Shown: piece by piece, positions 1 through 7,011 of the stretch | Position numbering within the stretch: position 1 is the first letter of the stretch | Layout: every line of letters begins with the position of its first letter | Assembly: GCA_049599895.1 (NCBI GenBank) | Contig: JBMYPC010000078.1 | Location: 1-14,685 of the forward strand | Source: Bacteriovoracaceae bacterium | GTDB taxonomy: Bacteria; Bdellovibrionota; Bacteriovoracia; Bacteriovoracales; Bacteriovoracaceae | DNA: 14,685 nt | Direction: 5' to 3' | Program-made: the position numbers and the translations under genes | Notes under the pieces: model-generated | The model's database searches: none | What the model was told of the DNA's origin: nothing | Seen by the model: only the letters and a program-made list of their open reading frames with translations

Positions 1-100
1 TTGCTTTTTTGCCGCACTTTGCGCTTTCTTTCCAAATCACGAGGTCATAACATTCTGCATGTATTGTTTTTAAAGCGTTCGTTAATCCAAAGTGTTCCAT
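1..100 (-). CDS. 5' part of a hypothetical protein running off the window (MEHFGLTNALKTIHAECYDLVIWKESAKCGKKA...)
   Basis: Hand translation: ATG at 100, frame open to the window edge, GGGG 6 nt upstream as possible RBS; no recognisable motif. Confidence 0.5.
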   Translation of the reverse strand, partial: MEHFGLTNALKTIHAECYDLVIWKESAKCGKKA

Positions 101-118
101 TGCAAACCCCAAATCTTT

Positions 119-248
119 AAGAGCGAGGGCGCTCTTCCTTTCTTAATTCTTTTAAACCAGAAAGTCCCTCTCAGATTAATCCACCCGAGAGGGACTCGGG
201 TTTAAGAATTAATTGGCCAGGACCCATTGCCGTAAAGTTCCTGGCCAA
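119..248 (-). other. Structured 3' UTR of flagellin 1: three consecutive hairpins
   Basis: Inverted repeats: TTGGCCAGGA/TCCTGGCCAA (213-248); TTAATTC..TTAAACC..AGTCCCTCTC/GAGAGGGACT..GGTTTAA..GAATTAA (143-212); AAGAGCG/CGCTCTT (119-136). Confidence 0.75.
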
Positions 249-258
249 ATAACATTCA

Positions 259-1092
259 TTAAGAGATTAATCTTAAAGCTTGGTTTGGTATGTTATTTGC
301 TTGAGATAGAGTCATGATACCAGCTTGCTTAATAACGTTAGCTGAAGCAAGGTTGGCAGCCTCTTGAGCAACATCAGCATCTTCAATAACTGATCTTGCA
401 CTATCTTGGTTAAATGCTTGCGTTTCTAAGTTTGTAATCGTTGATTGGATTCTCGATTGAATCGCACCTAGATTACCTCTATGACCCGCAACTTGTGTAA
501 TGGCCTCATCAATATTTGAGATTGAATCAAGCGCGTCTGCCTTCTCAGAAACTCCTGTTCCACCTACTCCTAGAGTGTCAGCCGTTACATTTGTTTGGTC
601 TGAATCAAAAGTGATTCTGTTCATTTCAGATCCACTGTTACCAACTTGAAAGTCCATTTCACCGTTACCTTCACCATTTAACAGGTGCATACCGTTAAAT
701 GTCGTTGTCTCAGCGATTCGGTCAATTTCCTCTACAAGGTGTTGGTATTCCTTGTCGAGATAACCTCTTTCATTCTCTCCAACCGTGTCCGACCCGGCTT
801 GGATAGTAAGTTCTCTCAAACGAACAAGCATGTTTGAAACTTCGTTAAGTCCACCTTCTGTGGTTTGGATAAGAGCGACAGCATCGTTTGAGTTACGGAT
901 GGCCTTTCTTAAACCTTTTGTTTCAGCTTCTAACTTCTTAGAGATCGCGAGTCCCGCTGCATCGTCAGCTGATTTAGTAATACGTTTCCCAGATGATAAT
1001 CTTGCAATTGAAGCATCACCCTTGTCAGAAACTTGCCTTAGGTTCTTTAGAACAGCCTGCGAGGCAATGTTCGTACTAATTCTTAAACCCAT
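259..1092 (-). CDS. fliC: Flagellin, minimal type (277 aa, D0/D1 only)
   Basis: N-terminal RISTN...RLSSGKRITKSADDAAGLAIS and C-terminal RGNLGAIQSR...SVIEDADVAQE...LSQANN..ALRL flagellin motifs. Start moved from 1098 to 1092 because AGGAG (1100-1104) is 7 nt from this ATG but only 1 nt from the first. Confidence 0.97.
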   Translation of the reverse strand: MGLRISTNIASQAVLKNLRQVSDKGDASIARLSSGKRITKSADDAAGLAISKKLEAETKGLRKAIRNSNDAVALIQTTEGGLNEVSNMLVRLRELTIQAGSDTVGENERGYLDKEYQHLVEEIDRIAETTTFNGMHLLNGEGNGEMDFQVGNSGSEMNRITFDSDQTNVTADTLGVGGTGVSEKADALDSISNIDEAITQVAGHRGNLGAIQSRIQSTITNLETQAFNQDSARSVIEDADVAQEAANLASANVIKQAGIMTLSQANNIPNQALRLIS

Positions 1093-1140
1093 TTTCATAC
1101 TCCTGTTTAAGGTTTATGGATAATAATGAAAACCCGACCA

Positions 1141-1158
1141 TTACCATCCGTTGTGTAA
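1141..1158 (-). promoter_or_regulatory. Candidate CsrA-binding hairpin in flagellin 1 leader
   Basis: Minus strand TTACACA-ACGGA-TGGTAA places ANGGA in a small stem-loop; a second GGA lies in the RBS (CAGGAG). Confidence 0.5.
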
Positions 1159-1159
1159 C

Positions 1160-1187
1160 CTATCGCCCTACTCGGTTTTTAACTTTA
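1160..1187 (-). promoter_or_regulatory. Sigma28 (FliA)-type promoter of flagellin 1
   Basis: Minus strand TAAA(GTT)-N16-GGCGATAG versus consensus TAAA-N15/16-GCCGATAA, upstream of a flagellin. Confidence 0.8.
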
Positions 1188-1221
1188 GCGTATTTGTCTG
1201 CTATTTAACGATTTTGAGGAT

Positions 1222-1234
1222 TTTCAAGTACTTA
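1222..1234. promoter_or_regulatory. IHF-like site / AAGTACTT palindrome
   Basis: TTTCAAGTACTTA is one mismatch from WATCAANNNNTTR; the same AAGTACTTA core occurs upstream of flagellin 2. Confidence 0.4.
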
Positions 1235-1255
1235 GAATAAAAAATAATTGAGCTT

Positions 1256-1271
1256 TGGCATCGGTTTTGTA
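1256..1271 (+). promoter_or_regulatory. Sigma54-like -24/-12 element
   Basis: TGGCA-TCGGTT-TTGTA versus TGGCA-N6-TTGCW: spacing exact, GT instead of GC at -12. Confidence 0.4.
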
Positions 1272-1320
1272 TTATTCACGGCCCGTGCCAGGGATATGGA
1301 AGGGTTAGGTTTGATAATAT

Positions 1321-1344
1321 AGCCTGGAAAAATCTCCAGGCTTT
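1321..1344. terminator. Hairpin, possible intrinsic terminator
   Basis: AGCCTGGA-AAAATC-TCCAGGCT perfect 8-bp stem, only a short T tail on the + strand. Confidence 0.45.
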
Positions 1345-1346
1345 CA

Positions 1347-1414
1347 CTGAGCAGCAAAAGTGTCCAGCGGACACTTTTGATGACCTGGGAATGTCTTAAC
1401 CCGTCAGCGCTCGG
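1347..1414. repeat. Palindromic REP-like structured element
   Basis: Perfect 11-bp stem CAAAAGTGTCC-AGC-GGACACTTTTG (1355-1379), second weaker stem TGAC..GGG/CCC..GTCA, closed by CTGAGC/GCTCGG; only one copy in the window. Confidence 0.4.
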
Positions 1415-1417
1415 TCT

Positions 1418-1831
1418 TCACCCACCATAAAGAAAACCATAACCTTGGTGGTTTAAATAAAAGTTCTCTTTTCTTTCACCATCAGTAGCCTGAAAGTCAA
1501 AATCTCTATCGGCCTTTGAAATCCCTGCGCGGAATCTTAGGAAAAGCTTAAGCTTTCTCGATTCCCCTGGAGAAAAATAGGCCGTTTCAGAAAAAATCAC
1601 TGAAGTAAATCTCGTATCACTCGAACCATAAACCTGATCTTCGACCCAACCAACTGACTCAATTCCCAACCTCGACTTCAGTTGGATGGCCTTTAACTTT
1701 TTTGGAAAAAACTCAACACCAACACCATAGCCACCTGAAAGCTCGTCATAATTAAACGGCATGCTCTCTTCTTCGGCTGCAAACCCATCCCCAATCCACA
1801 GAAATAAAAACGAATACAATACTAATTTCAT
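1418..1831 (-). CDS. Secreted, beta-strand-rich hypothetical protein (outer-membrane barrel-like), probably 3'-truncated
   Basis: ATG at 1831 after GGGGA; signal peptide MKLVLYSFLFLWIGDGFA; amphipathic strands GYGVGVEFF, LFLRFRAGIS, GYGFLYGG; stops in mid-strand without a terminal aromatic residue. Confidence 0.6.
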   Translation of the reverse strand: MKLVLYSFLFLWIGDGFAAEEESMPFNYDELSGGYGVGVEFFPKKLKAIQLKSRLGIESVGWVEDQVYGSSDTRFTSVIFSETAYFSPGESRKLKLFLRFRAGISKADRDFDFQATDGERKENFYLNHQGYGFLYGG

Positions 1832-1890
1832 AAATCCCCCCACATTTTGCGCTTCGTCGTGAGGATTTATAGCCCAAGCTTTTTACAAAG

Positions 1891-1916
1891 TTCAATATTA
1901 TTGAATTTGATTCAAA
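1891..1916. promoter_or_regulatory. Palindromes in divergent intergenic region, candidate TetR operator
   Basis: TTCAATA-T-TATTGAA (1891-1905) abutting TTTGA-T-TCAAA (1906-1916); region is very AT-rich so chance is possible. Confidence 0.35.
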
Positions 1917-1987
1917 CCATTTTAATAAAATAAAATTTATTTAACTTTATTAAAGACCCAGGTGCATAATTTCGATAAGATAAGGAC

Positions 1988-2572
1988 ATGGCAGTCAGAA
2001 AAGATGAAATCAAACAGGCAGCACTTAAGATCTTAAGTGAAGAGGGAATCTTTCAGTTTTCCCTAAAAAGGATTTCGGAAGTCTCAAAAATCTCTAAGTC
2101 ATTGATAAGTTATCACTACAAAGACTCAAGACTTATCTGTTATGAGCTTTTTCAAGAAATGGGAGAACTTGGCGCAAGAACAACTGATGAGGCAATTTTC
2201 GGCGCTGAAAACCCCGAAGAGAAACTTACGGGAGTTGTTGATGGTGCCCTTAAGTGGATTGCTTTTTATCCTGATTACTCATCACTCATTATTTTAATGT
2301 ATCACCTCTCGGCCGTTGACGAGAAAATTCTCGCGGCCAATAAACTTATTCATGAACGTGGTGAAAAAAGAATTGAAGACATACTTTGCGAAGCAGGCGT
2401 GAAAAAGCCAAAACTTCTTTCACGAAATGTTCATAATCTGATTGTAGGGACGCTGGTAAAGATGGTGACGATGCGAGAGTCTCATAATTATCAGGCCTAC
2501 CGAAAAGATCTTTTAAGAGGCATTAATAAGATTACGGGTCTTAAGCTTACGCTTAATAAGTCCTGGATGTAA
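1988..2572 (+). CDS. TetR/AcrR family transcriptional regulator
   Basis: N-terminal HTH RKDEIKQAALKILSEEGIFQFSLKRISEVSKISKSLISYHYKD; 194 aa. Confidence 0.93.
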   Translation: MAVRKDEIKQAALKILSEEGIFQFSLKRISEVSKISKSLISYHYKDSRLICYELFQEMGELGARTTDEAIFGAENPEEKLTGVVDGALKWIAFYPDYSSLIILMYHLSAVDEKILAANKLIHERGEKRIEDILCEAGVKKPKLLSRNVHNLIVGTLVKMVTMRESHNYQAYRKDLLRGINKITGLKLTLNKSWM

Positions 2573-3393
2573 CGTATAAAAACCGGTCATGAGACCATAA
2601 GCTGAGACATCATCAGAAACTTTTAACCTATGTTCCGTAAAGCTAGTATCACCATTATGAGAAAAGCCACCACTTATGACACCAATATTTCTAAGAATTG
2701 GCGTTCGACTTCCATACTCCCATGACCAAAAACCTCTCTTCCAAAGCCAACAGGGAAGAGTTCTTGAAAATTGGGAAGCCTTGAGTACTCTTCTTTAGTT
2801 ATCCGAGGCACTATATAGTCGTACTGGTTTAAATTTCCAGTACTCAACTTTGTGAAGACTGGGCGCTGACGCTTCCTGATCGCCTGCGACGCCTGAAACC
2901 TCATTAAAAAACTTTTTATCGTTCTCGTCATCAAAGTCATAAACGTTCTTAAAGCCTGAAGGAACTTGGCCATTCAGAACCAGATCATTTCCTTGGTAAA
3001 TTGAAAACTCAAGCTCATTATCATAGAGAAGTTTTAAAAAGTACTCATCGATACGCTTTCGTTTCTTTTCAACATTTTTCCAACTTCGCTTAATTTTTCC
3101 TTCATGCTCGTATTCCAAAAAGGCATCAATGATAATTGAAGTAAAACAATGAGCGGCGGTAGCATAATTCTTTTTTGTCACCAAAGCACCGGAACACATC
3201 ATCTTCCAAGTTCGAAGTCCCTTCTTCCTATAAAGAAGAGGGAAAACGGAGTTAAAAAATCGTTCTTATCAAAGGTACCGTTTACAACATTCGACTTGAT
3301 GGTTTGATTGCCTTCAAGTTGATTACCACAAGAAGTCAGGTTAAAGCTCAAAGCCACCATCAGAACGAGAGAAAGGAAAGAAGTGAATTTCAT
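2513..3393 (-). pseudogene. Fragmented S1 (trypsin-fold) serine-protease lipoprotein, paralog of 9660..11060
   Basis: Four collinear fragments separated by three frame changes: lipobox LTSC + VVNG (3393-3199); CSG..TAAHCF (3202-); IVPRITKEEY..FPVGFG (about 2830-2740); LRNIGV..GLMTGFYTLH (about 2700-2513, not in ORF track). The DIA and GDSGG segments are absent. Confidence 0.9.
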
Positions 3394-3612
3394 GAAATGC
3401 TAAATAGCATGTTCTTGATTTTTGTCGAGGAGCTCTTTCACTTTTATAAGTGTAAAAGGTTTTGACAGGTAAAAAGGTAACTATTTTTCGACTCATGAAA
3501 AGAACAACCCGTTCGAAAAATCTTCGATCACTTAATGCTGCCAGTTCTTGAGACCAACCAGACTCAACTATATATTTCCAACACAAATGCACCGCAACAA
3601 GGAATTATCTCA

Positions 3613-6600
3613 ATGAAGACCTTCGTTATTTTAATCTGTTGGACCACTTTTATTTTCTCAAATCCTGGCTTTGCTGAAAAAAGATTCATTCGTGATGATA
3701 TTTCTGATGCGAAATTTGGGACAGAGAAGAGAGCTGAGATTGTCGCAAAAATTGCGAATCTACAGGACTCTGTTAGCAAAGACATTATCGGACAAGATCG
3801 AGTTGCCAGAATGCTTCAGGAAAGACTCATGCAATGGATGGATAACTTTGGAACGAGAAAGGCAGACCCTGTGGCGATGCACCTTATTGGCTTTCCAGGT
3901 ATTGGTAAAAGTGCAATTTTAAGAAAGATTGAAGAAAGTGGAATTAAGGTTATTCATATTGATGTTCAAGAATTTGCTGGTGAAAACGCTGAGATCGGAT
4001 CACTAAAAAGAAGCCTTTACGATATCTCACAAAAAGCAAAAGAAGAGCCTACCGTTATTATTTTTGATGAACTTGATAAAGTTCCAGAAATCGTTGGCAA
4101 AGAAGCCGCCGATGAAGAGACAAAACCTATTATCGGTCTTCTCAACAAAATCTTAACCGATGGAGAATTTCTCTACGGAACAACAAAGGTAAATCTCTCG
4201 AATACAACTGTTGTGACTGCGATGAACTTTTCACCTGAAATGATCGAAGAGTTTTCCGAAGAAGTTTTTGGAGAGAACAAAAGCTTTTATGATCTGAATA
4301 TCAATGACTTTAAAAAAATTGATGATTGGTTAAGAGCAAGTGCATCTTCCCGTGAAAAAGTACTCTCTCAACTCTTTCGCTCCAATACAGTAAGTCGTCT
4401 TTCACCCAATACTGTTATTGTGAAACCACTGAATGAAAATGACTATCGAGAAATCATTCGAAGAAATGTTGAGACTTCAATTATTTCTTCGACTTCTGAT
4501 GAAAATGCTGGAAAAAAGTTAACTGTGACCTTCACGGAAGAGTTCATTGATCTTCTCGAGAAAGTGGCTGTAAACCCTTCTTCAGGTGCTCGTGAAACCG
4601 TTTTTAGAGTCAATCTTCTTACACAACAAGTAATATCCATCGCCAGTAAATATACTGGAAAAGAAAAACTTCAAGTTAACCGACCACGTGAAATCGTAAT
4701 TGGAACAAATGCCGGTGATGATCAAATTGAGGTTAAAATTGTTGGAAAGAAGTTTTCTTCAACAGACAAGGCCCTCTATGATGACAAAACAGCTCATATC
4801 ACTTTGAATTACAACCATGACGATCGTCAGTTTGAAAGACCAGCGGGGGTTCAAAAACAAAAACCCAAATCGACTAAAAGAAAAACAGATGAAGAAGAAC
4901 AAGTTCAGAAAATCACTAAAAAAAGTATCCGAGAAGCAAGATTTCCCAAAAAAGCGATAGTTGCAAGTAATATTGCAAACAAGGTCAATGAATCAATCGT
5001 TGGGCAAGAGAACCTAACAGCCGACATTGAGAAAGGGTTCCAAAGTTTTCTCTCTAGGCCAACAGAGAGGCTTGACCGTCCAAGCTTTTCTGTTCTTGCA
5101 GGATTTCCAGGAATTGGAAAAACAAGAATTGCCGAACTCTTTGCAGAGCATGCCGATCTAAAAATCATCAAAATCAACCTTCAGGAATATGCAGGGAGTA
5201 CAGAAGATGCAGTTTTTAAGTTTCTCTCTGATCTTGAACATAAAATGGGACAGATCGAAGCTGGTGAAAAGTTTGTCCTTTTAATTGAAGAGATTGACAA
5301 AATTCCCGAAATTGACGAGAAAGGCGCCATGCAAGACCGACCAATCCTTGGGATTATCAAAGAGCTTCTTAATAGTGGAAGGGTCAAGAGAAAAATTATC
5401 TCTGGAAGCTATAGCAATGATTTCCATATTGATGTTCGACGTGCTTTTACAATGCTTACTATGAACTTTCGTCATGATCTTTTTGGCTTTGAAGCTGATC
5501 CCAGGTTAACTTCAATAAGTGATGTTATGAATGCTTGGAGATCGATTAGCGGAACCCTTAACGATCGAAAAAAAATTCTTAGTAGTCTTTTTCTCCCTGA
5601 TACGATTTCGAGAATCATAAACCAAACTCATATTGTAAAGCCTTTGAGTGAACCAGAGTACTCAAAGGTTATCGATATCACAGTCGATGGAGTTGTTGTT
5701 AAAAAGTTTATTAATCCTGAAACAGGAGTTAATAACACACAAATTGATATCAATCTCGATCGCTCATATAAAGATTACCTTTTTTCGGAATCAGTGATTC
5801 CTTCCGAAGGTGCAAGGAACACAGTCATCAGCGTTGAAACAATTCTTGGAGAAGATATAGAACAGGCAATAAACTCAATTCCACGCTCTTCTGACCTCGC
5901 AGCAGTTCCTGTTGAGTTTAAGTTTGAGTTCCGCGAGAAATCAAAAACAAAAGGAGATCGAGTTGTCCTTAAAGCAAGAGAAAAAGGATCAAAAGGAAGA
6001 TATCAAGTTCTTCTTGAAAAAGAAGTCATGCTTAAATTTCCTTCTCCAAAATTCTTCGGCCGTATGCCAGAAAAAAGAATTCATACATCACTACATGAGT
6101 TTGGTCACGCTTTTGCCGCAGTAAGGCTTGGAACAAGATTCACTCATGTTGTCGTCATTCCACCTAGTACAGGGACAGGTGGCTATGTGAAATTTATGCC
6201 TACAGATTCTCATGCACGAACAATGATCTCAAGGCTCCATGCAACTCTCGCAGCAAGAGCGATGGAAAAAATATTCTTTGCGCCGGATCCTCTTGCTCCA
6301 GATTCTTCACTTTACATAACCTCTGGCCCATCATCAGATATAAAACAAGCAACAAGTACCCTCCATACTATGATGCAATCTCTTGGTTTTGATCCGAGAG
6401 GAGGTGTTGCAGATAAACATTATGCTCCAACAAGGCCCTTCTTCGACAACCTGTCCCAAGCAGATGCTGATAAATATGCCATGGTCCTTCAGGATATTGA
6501 AAACCATATGATTAAAGACTTTCTCGAAGCTCATTCAAAAGAATGGTACATCAAAAAAATCACGAACCTTGCTCAAAATGGAATTATGAATGAACAAGAG

Positions 6601-6897
6601 TTTTATGAACTTATTGAATATGTCTACCCAGGAGAAAAAGCACAAAACTTCTCAGGGGCAACTCAGCTACGAGAAGCTTTTTCCGATATTATTGAACTTG
6701 AAAATGGAGAAATCGCAAAAGCCTCAAAACAAAAAATGGGGACGACACAGATCACTCCCAAGGAAAGTCTCGATAAATCGATCGACGCTCTTAAAAGGTC
6801 CATTCTCACTCATTTTGGCGATATTCAGACTGCACAAAAAGCAAAAAGTGATAATTGCCTCTCTTCACTAACGAGTGCAGTGAGCTCTCTCCAATAA
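3613..6897 (+). CDS. Signal-peptide protein with two AAA+ (Clp D2/AAA_2-like) ATPase modules and a C-terminal M41 (FtsH-type) zinc metalloprotease domain, 1094 aa
   Basis: ATG 3613 after AAGGA; signal MKTFVILICWTTFIFSNPGFA; Walker A GFPGIGKS (3889-3912) and GFPGIGKT (5101-5124); Walker B IIFDELDK and LLIEEIDK; IGQ/VGQ boxes; GAR sensor-2 twice; HEFGH (6094-6108), ARAMEKIFF, TSGPSSDIKQAT. Confidence 0.9.
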   Translation: MKTFVILICWTTFIFSNPGFAEKRFIRDDISDAKFGTEKRAEIVAKIANLQDSVSKDIIGQDRVARMLQERLMQWMDNFGTRKADPVAMHLIGFPGIGKSAILRKIEESGIKVIHIDVQEFAGENAEIGSLKRSLYDISQKAKEEPTVIIFDELDKVPEIVGKEAADEETKPIIGLLNKILTDGEFLYGTTKVNLSNTTVVTAMNFSPEMIEEFSEEVFGENKSFYDLNINDFKKIDDWLRASASSREKVLSQLFRSNTVSRLSPNTVIVKPLNENDYREIIRRNVETSIISSTSDENAGKKLTVTFTEEFIDLLEKVAVNPSSGARETVFRVNLLTQQVISIASKYTGKEKLQVNRPREIVIGTNAGDDQIEVKIVGKKFSSTDKALYDDKTAHITLNYNHDDRQFERPAGVQKQKPKSTKRKTDEEEQVQKITKKSIREARFPKKAIVASNIANKVNESIVGQENLTADIEKGFQSFLSRPTERLDRPSFSVLAGFPGIGKTRIAELFAEHADLKIIKINLQEYAGSTEDAVFKFLSDLEHKMGQIEAGEKFVLLIEEIDKIPEIDEKGAMQDRPILGIIKELLNSGRVKRKIISGSYSNDFHIDVRRAFTMLTMNFRHDLFGFEADPRLTSISDVMNAWRSISGTLNDRKKILSSLFLPDTISRIINQTHIVKPLSEPEYSKVIDITVDGVVVKKFINPETGVNNTQIDINLDRSYKDYLFSESVIPSEGARNTVISVETILGEDIEQAINSIPRSSDLAAVPVEFKFEFREKSKTKGDRVVLKAREKGSKGRYQVLLEKEVMLKFPSPKFFGRMPEKRIHTSLHEFGHAFAAVRLGTRFTHVVVIPPSTGTGGYVKFMPTDSHARTMISRLHATLAARAMEKIFFAPDPLAPDSSLYITSGPSSDIKQATSTLHTMMQSLGFDPRGGVADKHYAPTRPFFDNLSQADADKYAMVLQDIENHMIKDFLEAHSKEWYIKKITNLAQNGIMNEQEFYELIEYVYPGEKAQNFSGATQLREAFSDIIELENGEIAKASKQKMGTTQITPKESLDKSIDALKRSILTHFGDIQTAQKAKSDNCLSSLTSAVSSLQ

Positions 6898-6906
6898 CTC
6901 CCATAA

Positions 6907-6938
6907 TTACAAGGACTTATGAATTAAGTCCTTTGTAA
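6907..6938 (+). terminator. Hairpin just after the AAA-M41 gene (terminator or stabilising stem)
   Basis: TTAC-AAGGACTTA-TGAAT-TAAGTCCTT-T-GTAA starting 10 nt after the stop; poor U-tract. Confidence 0.5.
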
Positions 6939-7011
6939 AAAACCTATACAGGGTTGAAATCATTACGAAGTGCCCCTCTACAAAGAAGAAATAAGGATAA
7001 GGTAAATCATA

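Noticed and set aside
785..1123. 112-aa + strand ORF, and its counterpart at 11461-11763
   Set aside because: Antisense shadows of flagellin coding sequence; no RBS or motif
2674..3393. Three independent small genes, or a programmed-frameshift or phase-variable protease
   Set aside because: The pieces are collinear parts of one paralog, and repairing the homopolymer cannot restore the missing Asp and Ser segments
3462..3487. TTGACA...TATTTT as a sigma70 promoter for the AAA-M41 gene
   Set aside because: Spacer is only 14 nt and the -10 is weak
3535..3612. Longer start for the AAA-M41 gene given by the ORF track
   Set aside because: No RBS; ATG 3613 has AAGGA and puts the signal peptide at the N-terminus
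3341..6871. Short ORFs nested in or opposite the AAA-M41 gene (3341, 3564, 3671, 4443, 4905, 5181, 5281, 5912, 6334, 6590)
   Set aside because: Overlap a well-supported long CDS or its promoter region; no independent evidence
3613..6897. Naming the gene ftsH or clpB
   Set aside because: Architecture fits neither: no twin TM anchor, non-FtsH AAA type, no Clp N or middle domain, fused metalloprotease
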